Shown piece by piece: positions 48,301 through 63,183 of a DNA stretch of 64,000 bases; position 1 is the first letter of the stretch; every line of letters begins with the position of its first letter. The notes beneath the pieces are model-generated. The model made no database searches. It was not told the DNA's origin and saw nothing but the letters and a program-made list of their open reading frames with translations. The stretch is from Callorhinchus milii (taxonomy: Eukaryota): NCBI RefSeq assembly GCF_018977255.1, contig NW_024704742.1, positions 59,088,001 to 59,152,000 of the forward strand, given 5' to 3'. A program made the position numbers and the translations under genes.

Positions 48301-49099
48301 GAAAGCCTTCAGGGGTTTATTCCTGTGAAAGGTTTTACTGGCTTCAAATCTCCATCAGCCTTAGACTTGCCTCGCTGTGGAATCCAGAAGTAAGCCTGGA
48401 TGCTTGAATCTCTCGTCTCTTTCCTTTGAAAAATTGAAGCAAAAAGATTGGGATCTTTAACTATGGCTTTACCCCTGGCTTTGCTCAATCCAAACACCTT
48501 TCTGCATACTTGAAAACAGTATCCCTCAAGGGGGATGCATGAAGCATTGAACTTCTACAAGATCTATGCCTCTAAATTGCTCCAGAGGCTAAGGATTATC
48601 TAAATACTGATGTTGATAAGATGAGTAGATTTCAGGGTTGCTGATGCAATAGGATGAAACCCGGGGGTGAAAATTGCTATGTGTGATGTGACAAATAAAC
48701 ACTGGAATTTCATTGAATATTTTACCCATCACTGTTGGATGTTGCAATAACCCACAATTATGCTTTGAGTTTTAATATTAAACATTATAGGGTCTAACAT
48801 GAGATAATTCATAACAGGAAGTTGCAAATAACTGGATGAGGATCATGACCATCTGCAAGAACACTGGAACACATGAGTGCCACATTATGCCATACTGCCT
48901 TAAAGCTGTCCGAGTTAAACCAGTTTTCTATGAAGTAACACTTCAGCTGATAACAACTGAAGCATAGAACAACGTCAGGCATAGAACGCTTCGGGCCCAA
49001 TCATTGTGGCAAAGACAGAAAATCATATCTGTATCCATTGCCATAAATTTATGTTTTTCTTCACTCTTGCCAACTTTCCTCTTCCTAAACCCATGCCCC

Positions 49100-49752
49100 C
49101 TCAAGACCCTCCTGTTTGACTCCTGTCAGTGCCTCCACACCTCAGTCACTGACAGAGTCACCATCCAAGGATGCACTCTCCACCTCACTGAACCAATCCG
49201 GAACCTTGGGATCTTGTTTGACCCTCAACTGTCCTTTCATGTCATGACCACATCCATGTCACATTCGTGCCATGACCCGCTCTGTCTTCCCCCACCTCCG
49301 CAACATCACCTGCCTTTACCACTGCCTCACCCATCTGGCCGCCAAAACTCTCATCCACGCATTCATCACATCTAGGTTCCACTATGCCAACTCCCTGCTT
49401 GTCGGTCTTCCCAACTCTTCGCTCCACAAACTGCAGATCATCCAGAACTTTGCAGCTCATATCCTCTCCCGCACCAGGCTCCATGACCCCTGCCTGGCCC
49501 GCCCCACCATCGACGGTGAGGCCTTCAGCCTCTCTGCCCCCATGCTTTGGAACTCCATCGCACATTCCCTTCACCTTGCTCCCTCTCTTGACTCTTTCAG
49601 GCATGGATCAAAACGCTTCTCTTTGCACCTTCGGCCACCCTCCCTGATCCCAACCCCCTAGCTCGGGTCCAAATCCCTGAATGTCCAGTGCCTTGGGACG
49701 TCCTCCCAACGTGAAAGGTGCTATACAAATGTAATCTTGTGTTGTATTGTAT
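49100..49752 (+). mobile_element. Degenerate L2 3' fragment
   Basis: [55 protein letters not shown]; tail GGGACGTCCTCCCAACGTGAAAGG. Confidence 0.85.
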
Positions 49753-50139
49753 GTCAGATGCCCACTAACCAAAATGAAAACAAACCCTGACAGAGATCAG
49801 GTAAATCAGCATACTCTGGCTTCAAACCTATGACTGGTAATTTAAGCATGTCCATTAGTAATTTAGTCCTTAGCAAAACCATTCTTCAGTAAACTGCTGA
49901 TAACTTGTCACTCCAAGGGAAACAGGCTCAGTGACTAGTTATCAGGGTGGTGGTTAGGGATATGTACAAATACATAAATAAATGCAGCCAGGATATTGAC
50001 AGCATGACCTAGGTGATAGTGATAAGTTAAGCCAGGGTCGAGTTATCTGGAGTCTACTGTATTTGCAAAATCTATTTAGAAATTTCTTTGATATCCATAA
50101 AATTCCATATTTAATAAAAAATAACAATAATACTTGCAT

Positions 50140-50476
50140 TTGATATAGCGCTTCATGCCACATCGTTGAAGGGTCGTTGAGAAATTGTTGAGACGTCTTA
50201 AAACGCTTCACAGAATGCATTGTACAGTGGATTGACTGTATTTTGTGGGTGAAACGTGGTAGCCAAATGCGCACAGAAGTGTCCCAGAAACGTTTGAGTG
50301 ACCAAATTTTTTTGAGGGATTACTACTCCCGGAAAAAATTTGCAAACAACTAAAAACCAGGTTTCTACGTACAGCTAAGTACACAGGCGTGCGAAGTAAA
50401 GAAACTTGCCTGCGGTTTCGCCCTGCCCGGAAATCAAACCTGGGTCCTCTTGTTTACGAGACAAATGCGCTAACAA
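50140..50476 (-). mobile_element. tRNA-head SINE, long variant, without the 3' extension
   Basis: Body matches 28433-28753 and 54045-54424, but the flank beyond its tail is unrelated to their shared extension. Confidence 0.78.
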
Positions 50477-53400
50477 TTAATCCTTACATTTGATATCATG
50501 ATTGTATATTTCATGGGCAATATTTCTATTAGCTTGGAATAGAAATGGCTATTTTGCTCAGATTTAAACAAAAAATTAAAATATATAATTTGTGATACAT
50601 AGAAAACGGAATATATTATTTATAGTTACAATGTTGTAAGCCACGTAAACATGTTAGTCATGTTCCAGTGTATAACATTCACCTTAAGCTTGCTTCTGTG
50701 ATTTTCTTTTAAGCTGTGTGTATATCAGAAGGAAGTACTGACTAAACTGTTTCACAGATTACAGAGTTATGCACTTGTAGAAGCACATTTTGCTTAAGTA
50801 AAGATGGATTTAGAACTGTTGTGCACCTTAAACATTTGCTTCACACTGTGATGTAATAAAATGAACAAGTTAAACAAATTCTGTTTTTTATCAACATTAC
50901 AGAATACAAATGAGGACAAAACTAGTGAGCAGATTTAAAACTTCTTAGATTTTATAACCAGATGAAATGATGTTTAAGGATAAAATATTGTAACTGAATT
51001 GTTTTTTGGAGCAGATAAAGAAAGTCTGTGCAAAACTTCATCAGACATCGATGTTTCAGACCCACATTGTTCATGAGGCACATAAGTGAGTGATTAAAGA
51101 GAATTTACCAAGTGGAGAGAGATGAGTTTTCACTGGAAAAATAGACTCATGCCAGCATAAAATTAGCACCCCTTAATCTTCAATCTTTCATTGAATCTTT
51201 TTCTATTGTCAATGCCACATCAGATCCTTTGTAGTCTTTCGCTGCACTTCCTGTTCCCAGTATCTAGCCCTTTTCAAGCATCAAATATCCATTTCATTAC
51301 AATCAACTTACTCTGCTTAAAGTTTACAGCAAGTGAATTTAAGAGTATTTAGAATCACACCCTGTAAATTCAGCTTAACTAACCCATGGTAGTGTTTATA
51401 CTCTACACAATGGCTCCACTCATCCAATTAGCTCTCCCATGCCCCTCTGTTTTCTTCTCCCTCATGTTTAAAATAGTTTCACTGGCAAAGTGTTGCACCT
51501 CTTGATGAGAATGTGAAAAACTGCCCCTCTTATCCACAATAATTCCCAGCCTTAAAATGAGAGGAACAAAGCAAATGGTTCTAAACATTGAATAACTTTG
51601 AAAAAAACTTACAGAAAAGATGCTTCAAAATTAAGGCTATGTTTAAAAATTCACCAAATTGTGGATGCTCTCAAAGGCTACATGAGTAGAATAAATCTAG
51701 ACCGAGGTGGAAATTTACCTACAAAATACGCATCCACTATACTTTACAATACAATGCCAAATTACATATGTAAAGCACCTTTCACGTTGGGAGAACATAC
51801 CAAGGTGCTTTACAGTAAATCTTGTGAAACACTGAGACACACTTCCAATGTAAAGGCGCTATGTCAGTTATTAGGATTATTATCTTACTTTCATGCATTC
51901 TTATGCTATCATTGGTTCAATGAAAGCATAAGCATGCATGACATCCAGCACCTTGGGATGTCCTCATTGCATGAAAGGAGCTATACAAGTGTAATTTGTT
52001 GTTGTTTCAATAGTAAACTATTGGAGTGGATCAGGACATGGATTGTGAAGCCATGGGCCTGAAGGACAAAATTGACTTTCACGGTTTCTATTGGGATTTC
52101 GGGGTTTCACTCTGATCTGTTTAGAATCAAAAAAGTATCTTGCTCAAAAGTGCTAATACAGCAGAGGCTCCTGTAAATTACAAAAGCAAATGTATTTGTA
52201 GAAGTGGATTTAAATAATTTACACCAATTGCAGTCTGGTAATTAGTGAATAGATGAGCAATTAACAACTCATTAAGATGACATATTTAACATATTGATAT
52301 TCTCAAAGGTGAAAAGGAGGCTATTAATATACGACATGTATTATTAGACTTAAATCCATTCAGTGATTAGATTGCACAGTAAACAAAGAATATGATTTGA
52401 AATACGTTTTAATTCTTTTCAACAGGTGAAGCACTTTACAAACAGAGGTGCATAGCAGGTTACAGTAGGCAACCATGCCTGAAGGCTCAAGATTGCTACA
52501 TTCACACTGAATGTTTATTCACTGTCTATTCAGTGAATGGATCGTTGTATTTACCTGCTTAATGCCACCAAGCTGTTTTTCAGGATTTAGAACCATAGAA
52601 ATGTACAGCATAGAAGGATGTCATTGGGCCCAATAAAACTATGTTGGATCTCCCAAAGAACTAGCTGCTTAGTCCCATTCTTTTGTCTTCAGCTGGAAGA
52701 CACATGCTTAGTGTGAAAGAAGCAGAAACACATGGGCACGGCCTGAAAGGTCATTCCCATTCCATATATGTTGAGAAATTCCATCTGGGTCTAAGTTTTT
52801 CTATGTGCAGTATGCAGAATTTTGTCGAAGTCAGCACCAATCTCAGAAAGTAAATGAGGTGTTCATTCTACCAGAGACAGCATGTATCACGAGAGAGGAG
52901 GTGCTGGCCCACTTCTTTGAGAGCAACATAAAACAGTTTGGGGTCAGAGATAGTTAAAGTTCCTGGCCACAGATGATGATAATAATAATAATAAAATAGT
53001 AATAATTTAGTAATCCTTGTGCCATTCATGTCAGCACAACATCTCAAAACACTTTGGGGATACACTGTAAGCTGTAGTGACTATGTAATTTACGGGTGAA
53101 CATGGCATCTAATTTGCACACAGTAATGTACAATGTCTACTGGATGGGCTGCTGGAGTGAAACACTCACATCCACTCCACACTAACTGATTCATGAGCTG
53201 TGGATTGTTGAAAAGAATGAGGGAGATAAATATTTCTGTACTTGGAGTTCTGGATAAAGAAGTTTGAGGTGCGCTGAATGTTGATTGTAATATAAGGAAA
53301 GAGGATGTTGGTCAATATGTTTTGGAAGTTCAGAGGAAGAAGAGAAGAAAGGTCAGAAGTGTCATTAATAAATAAAAGAAACTTCAATATTGAGAAAAAC

Positions 53401-53535
53401 AAATGCTAAATGTTTGAGCTTTTTGGTTTTGAAGCAAGTAAAACTAAAGATGAGTAATATTGAATAGTGCTAGTGGCATCAATAAAACAATTTACTTAGC
53501 CTGTGGCTCTAATAGAACTGGCTCCATTAGTACAA

Positions 53536-53661
53536 GACTGTTCTCCTGTAAACACTGTATGCCACATCATTGCAATTAAACTCAGTCTGCATGCTCAGTG
53601 TCATCCCACAGCACTCACATAATCTATGCCCAATACAACAATGCTGTTTAGAAAATTCAAA
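53536..53661. repeat. Unclassified ~130-bp dispersed repeat (inverted copy of 37685-37816)
   Basis: The reverse complement aligns directly with 37685-37816. Confidence 0.82.
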
Positions 53662-53841
53662 TAACAATTTCCAGCATTTGATACAGTGCTTTCACCTTGG
53701 GAGGAATCAGAAAGTGCTTCATACAGCCGACTAGGACCACAAACTGGGCATTGTCAACCCTAATGATATGAGAGGAGTAAGAACAGAACATCTTACAAAA
53801 TTGACTAGTTCCTGGGAGCATTTAAGAATAGGAGAAACAGT

Positions 53842-54424
53842 AGCAGATCTTTAATATTCTGGAGATTTTCGTTGAGTGATGCTGCTAAACAGATACAGAG
53901 CATGAATTGAAAGCTGATGTAGACTTTCACTCTTGATACTTCAATAATGAAAGCTGAAAGCTTCACGAGGTCATCCGTCAACTCTCCTCATTGTCTACTT
54001 CTCTGTGTTGAGGTGGTATATGGATTCAAACACAGTCTGCGATATCATAATCATAATAATCCTTGCATTTGATATAGCGCCTTGCACGTTTTTGAGACGT
54101 CTCAAAGCTCATCACAGAATATACTGTAAAGTGAAATGTATATTTTGTGGACGAAATGCGGCAGCCAATTGCACACAGCAGTGTCCCACAAACAGCCGTG
54201 GTTTGAGTGACCAAATTATTATTATTATATATGTATTTTTTGAAGAGATTATTATTCCCAGAAAAGCGATCCGCCAATCGACTAACAACTGGGTTCCTAC
54301 TTACTAGTAGGTAAATAGAGGCGTGTGGAGTAAGGAAACTTGCCTAATGTTTCGCCCTGCTTGGGAATTAAACCCAGGTCCTGCTGTTTGTGAGACAAAT
54401 GCTCTAACCACTAAGCTACAGGAC
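53842..54424 (-). mobile_element. Composite element: tRNA-head SINE (54045-54424) plus ~200-bp 3' extension (53842-54044), copy 2
   Basis: Colinear with 28232-28753; identical junction TCTGCGATA next to the (AAT)n tail. Confidence 0.85.
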
Positions 54425-55639
54425 ATGGTTACCAAGAGGTAAATAACAAATTACCATTAGTCCAGTGCATGCTCCAGCAAACCTGTTTCAACAAATAATG
54501 GATAACTTTACATTTAAACTTCCATGTACTAAGGATACTGATTGAGAGAATCCCCCAAAGCTACAAAGCTAAGGAAAGCTTCAATCCTGGCACTCAGGTG
54601 AAATTTGCAATTATACAATATGCTAACTATCATTGGAGATAATTATCATATCATGCAAAGATCTGTTTAGTTGTTGTATGAAAAAGAACTGCAGAAAATC
54701 GGCTTACAAATTCTGACTAAATTCAAAATGGTCTTGACAAATTTCAGACCATCTTAAATTTAAGATGATCTCTCTTCCATTATTGACCCATGAGGCTTTG
54801 TCCTTTTCTGACTTCACTCCTACTGAACTCTTCAATGATAAGGGAAACAAATAGAGCTCTGCCATTGTGCTAGTTGTGTATGTGCAGTGCTATCCTTAGT
54901 CCTTAGTTAGACTGGGACTGGAAAGTATAAATCTAGCATTCTCCTCCAAATAACTGCTGGAAGTTGTGTTCCATTGCTACAAGCAGAATAAACCAGACAT
55001 AAATGGGACATGATGAAGGACTAATAAACAGTAACTGTGTGGTCTTTGGCTTTGATGTGGGAATGCTGTTGCACTTGCACCTATACAATTAGATTCTAAA
55101 CATTCAAAGTCTGCTGCTGTTCACCCCAGGTACTAAATTAAATGCTGTGAAAAAGAATACATCTCTCTGTCTACCAGTTCAGTCAGCTGATGAAAAGGAG
55201 ATTGGAATTCCTCAAACATTAGCAGACTGGGTTTGCCTTCAAAACACTCAAGCAGAAACCCAGAAAAGCACCCTTTGAGAAAACATTTTAACTAGTTCAA
55301 TCTACACAAGGCACACAGGGATCTGCAACCTCTTTTCAGTAGCCGTAAGCCTTGAATGTACATTATCAATTATTTAATATGATGGATATCCCAAAGCTAT
55401 CATTCAATATCAGGACCCTATTCATTCTTTGCACAGAACATCACTTTTTTATTCCAATACAATTTTTTTTAGGTCGAATCTGATAGTAACTTCGTTCCAA
55501 AAAGCACATCACATTAAAATTTTGTAGTGCTTATTCTAAGCTAAAACGCTTTTGGCAAATATTAGAACACATCAGTAACATATCCGCACACAATACTTAA
55601 TGGTCCTTAAATATAAAAGCTAACCAATTGTAAAATAAA

Positions 55640-56330
55640 ACAATAATAAGAAATAATAATCTTTAAATTTGATACAGCAGCTTTCACATCAGGAGGTCTC
55701 AAAACACTTCACAGAATGTACTGCGAAGTGTTGTGACTGTGAATATTTTGTGGGCAAATGTGGTAGTCAATATGTGCCCAATGATATCTCACAATTATCC
55801 GTGAAGTGAACAACTAATTGGAAGATTGTTGGCCTAGACACCACGAGAAATTCCCTTCCCTTTTCAGAGAGTCTAATTTTCCCCTCCTACCTCTCTGACC
55901 TGCTGACTCCCTACCAACCTGCCCGCTCCCTCCGTTCAGCGGGCTCCAGTCTACTCCATGTCCCCGCCCGACCCGCCCTACTGTCACCCTCCCACCTCTC
56001 TGCTTTTCCTCACCCCTACATCATCCCTCCCCCATGCTTGGGCCCCGACACCTGACTGTTCAGTGCTTCGGGTCGTCATCCCGACGTGAAAGGAGTTCTA
56101 TAAATGTAATTTTGTTGTTGTTGTAATGTTATCCTTAACATCCACCTGAATAGGCAGGCAAGACTTCAATTTAACATTCCAGGAGAAGGATGACACGTCC
56201 AGCCCACCCCCCCCATCGCCCACCTCAGCAGTGCATTGGAGACAATACGAGTTCCAGGTCCCAATATGGGGCTTGAACCCGTAGCCTTATGATTCAGAAG
56301 TGGAAATGCAACCAACTGAGCCAGAATGAT
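55640..56330 (-). mobile_element. DeuSINE-like SINE with nested L2 3' fragment (~55880-56123, +)
   Basis: SINE breaks at ~55875 and resumes at ~56125; the insert has CCTCCTACCTCTCTGACCTGCTG... and a TTG tail. Confidence 0.78.
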
Positions 56331-59300
56331 AGAAGTTCACATTTAAAGGTACAAACAAGTAAAGAAGTAATCATTTGGTTCCTTTCTGTACTATAGAAAT
56401 ACTTTATGCACAGTATAGAAGCAAGTTTCCATCTTACCACTCTATCGTTTTCACCTTACCACTCCATTTGTTAAGATATGTCCACATACTTTGGATCTGC
56501 ATTTCTTTTCAGAGCCAATTCATCCCTAGTGAGATCCTCTCCTAAGGAGGATAATTCATTTTATCTTCAAAGGGTGAAGGGCTGAGTAGACCTTCTGGTC
56601 CAAAGTATTCCAGCTTAACGCACTAAGCTAACAAGTCTTTATACAAAATTGATATAAATAGAACCTTGAACGCATTCCTAATTACTAAACTTCCTGTATA
56701 TTTTATATGACAAAATGTATGAGCTACAAAATTGCTTATTTCCATTGCAAATCACATGCTGGAAAGTGCTCTAAAAAGATAAACAATTAACTGCTTTTTT
56801 TAATAAGCCAAATTGCTAGATAATATCCATTGGCATAATTTAGCTAATACAACTCCATTTAATAGGATTTGCCATTTTCCTCAATTGCTTTCATGACCAA
56901 TTTTGCATTTTGATTGTCTTTAAACTTTAGAGCAAATTTCTCATAGAAATGTACTCAGCAGTAATTGCTTTAACATTTATTCCAGGTCAAGTGGTTAAGC
57001 GTGAATAATGACATGTCATAACTGTAATGTAATGCTGTCAATAGACCAATTACTATTGAGCCAGAGAGTCAAGAAAGCACATTAGCTGAGAAAGAAAACA
57101 CAACAAGGAAGGAAGAAAGGTGTTTAAAGCTGAGGGCAGGTGCACCTTATGGCGCTGAGTTCATTCATAATAGACTTTTATTAGAACCACATTGTACCTT
57201 TATTTAAACCATTATGAAGAGTGAATTATGGACAATTGAGGGGAAAAAAACCCTGCTTGCCCTAAACATGGTAAACATGAAAGGGCTACTGTATGGTTAC
57301 AGGTACTTCCTTTTAGACAGGGATTTATATGAGGATTTTAATTGAGGCGTACATTCAAAAGTCAGGTAGTACCATAGCAACTGGGATACAATAGGCTCTA
57401 TTGAATAGGGACAAGAGTATATTAATTTAAAGTGATTGTGATTTTATTGTGAATTATAAGTCACCCATTAAGATGAATGCAGTCTCTGAACGCATTAATC
57501 TAGAGTTGAAACGGAGGATTTGACAGTTCTCTTATGAGGGCAAACAGAAATCACTGTACTTGAAATGCGAGCACAAATAAATGAACATGATCTACAGTGC
57601 TGTGACAGCTTTCTTCAGTGTACGACATGTAGAAGCCCATTCATTTCTAACTGTGTCATTAGTGCTAATCTTGAAAGTGATAACTCATTATTTTTGAATT
57701 CATTTTACACCAACAATAGTTTGCTTCAAAATGACTTAATTTTGGGCATGTTCGTGGTTTACTAATTTCTCCCATTCTAATACTCCAATAATGCAAAGCG
57801 GAAATAAAATGTGACATATGATGTGATATTGCTTTATTTCCCCTATAACTCGAGTGATGGGTTCATAAAACTATTGTATCTTCTACTCTAATACTATATG
57901 TAACTTTGCCCTCTTTCAGAAGGGCTGATGGAGTCACCTTTATGTGTGTATAATTAAGACTGGTCGACCCATTAAAAACACTTTCAGGGCTGAAATCCAA
58001 CAATGCACTACACAATCTAAATGAACAGATCAATCTTATTCTTATTCAGAACTTATTTTGAAGCATCTTCATTCTTGTTTTGGTCACTCGGTTTCTGACA
58101 CTTGTGGAAACCCATCACGATACTTAAGAGTATCCAAACCAACAACAATTTGTATTTATATAGCACCCTTCACATACGCGCTATATAATCTCTCTAATCT
58201 TCTATCAAAGTTCAGCCCCTTCACACAGGGATCTATCCACTTACTCTTTTCTGCACTTGTTCTAAAATGTACATCATGTTTTGTGGTTTACCTATCAAAT
58301 CTGAACCCAGTATCTTAAATGTGTTCCAACTCATGCTTTGCTTAAAGTATTTCAACCTATTTTCTATTCTTCCAGCAATATGCTGTCCTCTCTAAAACAT
58401 GGTTTTGACCTGTCCAATAGTTAGTTTCTCTTTTAATTTGGCTGTCTGTGAGACATTGCTGTGCCCAAATTGGATGATATAATCACTTACAAAATAGACA
58501 GTCACTACAATTTACAATATATTCTGTGAAGAACTGACGTGACAGGCGCAAGATCAAATTTAAGGATTATTTATAATTATTATTGTTATTTAGTTGGCAC
58601 TCATTTATTTTTGAGGGAGGGGGAATTTTATTATACATCTCTCCTCTTCACGCAGCCTTTTTTGCTCACTGTAAAACAATAAACAGAGACTGCAGCATGC
58701 ATAAATACATTGCCGTGTGCGCAGTTTGTTTTAAGTGCATAAATTGTGCACACAAAATGCTGCACCCTTTTCAGCTTCTATTTTAAGAATGTGGAAAAAC
58801 AGTTTCTGAAAAAAGACTGAATTTGCGTTTTTTTAAAAAATTATTCCACATGATCTTAAATTTTAAGTCTTAAGGTTAAGACTTGAGGAAATAATAAATA
58901 ATAATAATAATCCTTGCATTTGATATAGCGCTTTTCACATCGGGAGATGCAGATTCTAGAGCCAAATCTCTGGCTTCCAACCACTGTGCTCTAATTAGTG
59001 GGGCTAGTTTTTCATTGCACAGTGGAGCTCAAACCTTTACCACCTCACGACTAATTGATCATCCTCAATTCCTTTACTCTTGCAGATCTTCCCATGAATA
59101 CAAAGCAGACTGCAATGCTCTGTGAACAACTGTATCCCTGCTATGTGCCATATACCTTAATCTTACAATGTCTCCTTGTTTTTATTGACCCTATTATTGA
59201 ACTCTGGTTAACTTGAGTTCCACCCTTTCCTGGCTTATCTTTGCTACCATCTTGGATGGTTTTGGATTTTATGTTGTTTCTTTAAACAGTGCCTGAGACT

Positions 59301-59879
59301 TGCCATGACCTCACCATTCCGTATTACATGCCTTGTGCACCTGTTGTATAATGAATAGTGTAGGATCCATTTTCTGTTTCTCTGGTTAAGTAGCAGAATT
59401 TTCTGCATTCCTTCATTGTATTTAAGTTCAACTATGTTTGTGTAGCCATTTTTTTCTTCAAATCGTTTGAGCTGACTATTTGTGTTTAAAGTAAGGGTTG
59501 TCAGCACCAAGGGATGAAAACACACTTCACCATCTTTGTCATCAAGTGTCAAGGGACAAGCACTCCTTGAGAGACACACAACAGACAAAGAGCAGATTTT
59601 TGTTTAGTTCTGCTGCAATAATATGCTTAACTCTAGCCTCCACAGTCAATTTTATGTTTGTGTTTATGCAGCATGTCCCTGTGGCTTCAAATCCTTTAAA
59701 TTAGTTCCAATTGGTGCAGAAATGTGCTGCTTTGTTGAAAAAATCTTGCATTTTTATAGCACCTCAAAACATCTGAAACAATTTCTTACTTTCCAATGTG
59801 TTTAACAAGATATTTACTGTTTTTGTAGACACACATGCCAGCTATTTGTACATAAACAGCAATCAGGTAAACAATAAAA

Positions 59880-60490
59880 TAATCACAAGAGCTTCTAGGA
59901 AAAAGGCCCCATCGACCCATTTTATATCAGCTTTCCAGAATACCACACTACCATCCATCCATTGCAGCATCAAGCTGTTTCATCCTTCCTCTATACCTAC
60001 CCTTCCCGGTAACCCATTCCAGTAAATAAAATTTCCAGGTATCTATGCTGAAATTGCTGTAAATCTGTGCCCTCTTGTTTTCATGACAAGGTTAGTTTGG
60101 ATAATATAAGGTCCCTCATCCCACCTGATCTGAAACACTGGGATGTCCAGAACCTTGGGATGTCCTCCTGATGTGAAAGGCGCTATACAAATGGAATGTT
60201 GTTGTTGTTGTTGATATGATCCTCCTGTATACCAATCTACTATCCTTCACAGCATTAAGCTTCGTAAAAAAATGAATCAACCAACCATCCTCAAGCATCC
60301 TATGCCTCCTTGGCGTATCTGAAAGTATCATTCGAGGTCTACTTCCTCAATCCTATTTAGAATCTTCTGTAACTTTAAAAAAAAAGTCCCCTCTGAGTTG
60401 CGTCTTTTCAAGGCTGAAGAGTCCTAGTTTCTCCAATTGTTCTTTATATCTCATTGTTCCAATACTGGGAATCATTCTTGTTCCTCTCCC
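59880..60490 (-). mobile_element. Degenerate CR1 3' fragment with nested L2 tail (~60112-60213, +)
   Basis: CCTTCCCGGTAACCCATTCCA..AATCTGTGCCCTCTTGTT..GTCTTTTCAAGGCTGAAGAGTCCTAG; the insert ends AAATGGAATG(TTG)n. Confidence 0.65.
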
Positions 60491-62389
60491 TCTTCCTTTC
60501 TGTGTGCAGGTTTCTGCTGCATTCACCTACGAATACACTGTAACTACAGTTTACAGTAAAATCCTGTGAAGCACTTTGAGAGCAGGCACTGGCCCACTTC
60601 ATGTCCCTGCCTTAACCGTCCCACCATCGGTTGTCAGACTTTCAGCCTGTTGCTTTACTCTGTTTCAAATATTATGGAGAACAGGATCAAAAATTTGATT
60701 TGGACAGCTCAAGGCATCAAAAAGATCTGATGACAGAGGGGTCTGAGAAAGGAAAAAGTGATAAAAGGTGGCAAAAAAAAACCATGTTCTGCACTGAGTA
60801 AGTGTTTGGCATAATAGCTGTCTTTCTAGAGCTGACAAAAAAAATACAAAATCCTGTTATGATTTATTACGATTTATTCGTAAGTTTACACTAATTGCAC
60901 AACATCTGGGACAGGTATAACCAGATATAAATCTGAGGCACATGTAACAGTATGTAACGTTTTCATATCATGATTTAATTAATTTTAAATTGGATGCAAG
61001 CCTAGTCCAGTCAACAGATACAGAGTTCAGGAGTTGTGAATGCAACAACTGGTGAATTGCAAAATAATGAAGGTGCTAGAAAAAAAACACAGCTACTGCA
61101 TTCTTTGCAGCTGGGAATCATATTGGTACAATAGTAGAAAACTGTTAATTGTGACTTCTGCTTTCAGATTTATCTTTTAGGAAACAGCTGGCAAATTTGC
61201 TAACAAATAAATTAACGATTCTCTCTTGTTTGCCGAAACCTGTTTAACTTTCTGAATTGTTGTCAGAATATTCTTAGATTTTTTCTCCAGGTTTGCTGAT
61301 TTGAGCAAATGGCACAAATGGTGCAAGCTAGAAGTTGCAACCACCACCACTAACAACAATTTGCATTTATATAGCACCATTCATGCTGGGTGGTGTCTCA
61401 CTCAGCACCAATTTACAAATGCAATATGTTTAGACGAAAATATGTAATTGAACCAAGGATAAAATGTTGCATGTAAAATGTGTTTTGAGGGCCACCTCTT
61501 GAGGCCCCAAAAATGGCCCACTGGCCACTGCACCAGTATAATGGAGTAGTCCACAAGCCATTTTTGGGCAATCAAGAAGTGACCCGCACAAATTCAGGCA
61601 AGTGCACATCAAATCAAGAACTTGTTTCCAGTAGCTTCCAAGCCATGGCACACCATAGATGAAGAAAATTCAATAAAGAATAATTTATTTGATTGGCCAA
61701 CCATAAAGATTGGCCCACACTGGATTAAACTCATTTTATGAGTTGATTCATGGAATTTAGTTTCTACAGTCAAATAGCACAGTGAAAACTCCAATGCAAA
61801 GGAAAAAACAAGACATCTCAAATCAGTCTGAATGTAGACAGGACACATTGATATTGATGATAGGCAAAAGGTGTCAATTGACTCCATTTGCTTGAAAGAC
61901 ATTCATGTAAATGTAATTTTGTTGTTGTTGTTATATTATAACATTTCTGATAAATCCTAATTTTGTGTGGCCAGGTGACAAATGTAACTAAGATAAATGG
62001 CACTGAAAAAGCTGCAAACTATTAAGCAGTTGGGCAGAGAAACCGCAGATGAATTTTAATGCAAATAAATGCAAGGGAATGCTCGTGGAACAGAAAAAAG
62101 CAAACAGATGTACACAATGGGAAAGTGTGCCCATTAGTAAACGTGAAGAAGACAAAGCATCTGGGTGCGATTATTAATCACTCATTGAAAGTATTGTGTC
62201 AATGTGCACCTTTTATCTGCAAACTTAATCAAATATTAGAATGCACCTCAACGGCTTTTAGCTATAAGTTGAAAAACAGTTATTCTACACCAAACCATTG
62301 ATAAAAGATGACAGTGAAAGAGATGATATGAGAGTCCAATGTCCCAGTTATACAACAGGCAAAATTTGAACTGGTCAGAAGTAACACAC

Positions 62390-62775
62390 TAATAACCATT
62401 GCCTTTTGATATAGTACCTTATCATGTTGTCAAAACATCTCAAAGTGCTTCCTTGGATTGACTATGTATTTTGTAGGTGAACACGGCAGCAAATTTGCAT
62501 GCAGCAATATCCCACAAACAGCCATGAGTGACTGAAATTTTTTATTGGGGGATTGTTGCCCAGGACACTGGGTGAAACTTTCTTCTCTTTCTCGAATAGC
62601 TCTAAAAAAAGGCAAACAGGAATATAATGTCTCATTTGAAGAACAACACCTCCAATAATGCACCGCTTCCCCTGCACTGCATTGGAGTATCAACCAAGAC
62701 TATGGGTTCAAAGTCCTGATGTGGGACTTGAACCCTTAACTGGTGAGAGTGCTATCAACTGAGCTAGGCTGACAC
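62390..62775 (-). mobile_element. DeuSINE-like SINE, near full length
   Basis: Tail, Deu domain and head GGGACTTGAACCC..GAGAGTGCTATCAACTGAGCTAGGCTGACA. Confidence 0.78.
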
Positions 62776-62924
62776 CTGCCAGGCTGACCTGATAGTTATG
62801 AGGCAAAATTGCATTGAGTCAGGGCAAACTACAAAATTGTCCCATCATTATCAAAACAGATTGGCAGAACAGATCTTGTGCTCATTGGAGAAATAAATAT
62901 TGAGGAGAAACATCTGTTTGTTTG

Positions 62925-63183
62925 TATATTTCAGGTGGACATCAGAAAGATCCCTTGGAATGATGTCAAACAAGAGCAGGGTGTTCTCCTGATGTCCATC
63001 CTCATCTAAGTTCACAAGAATATGCAGATTCATTGATGATTCATTGTATTGCTGACTGAGATGCGGCTGGTACAAATTAACAGCTTTTGTTTGCCTACAT
63101 GACAACAATTTCAAAGTAACTCTTTGAAAGCACTGTGACATGTTCGAATGTGAGAAGGTACTTTATCAAATGCAAGTATTATA
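62925..63183 (+). mobile_element. DeuSINE-like SINE 3' half (older)
   Basis: TCAGGTGGACATCAGAAAGATCCCTTGG..AAGAGCAGGGTGTTCTCC..TATCAAATGCAAGTATT. Confidence 0.7.

Noticed and set aside
51030..51080. Additional hammerhead-like motif on the minus strand
   Set aside because: The core is mutated (CTCATGA) and the stems do not pair convincingly.
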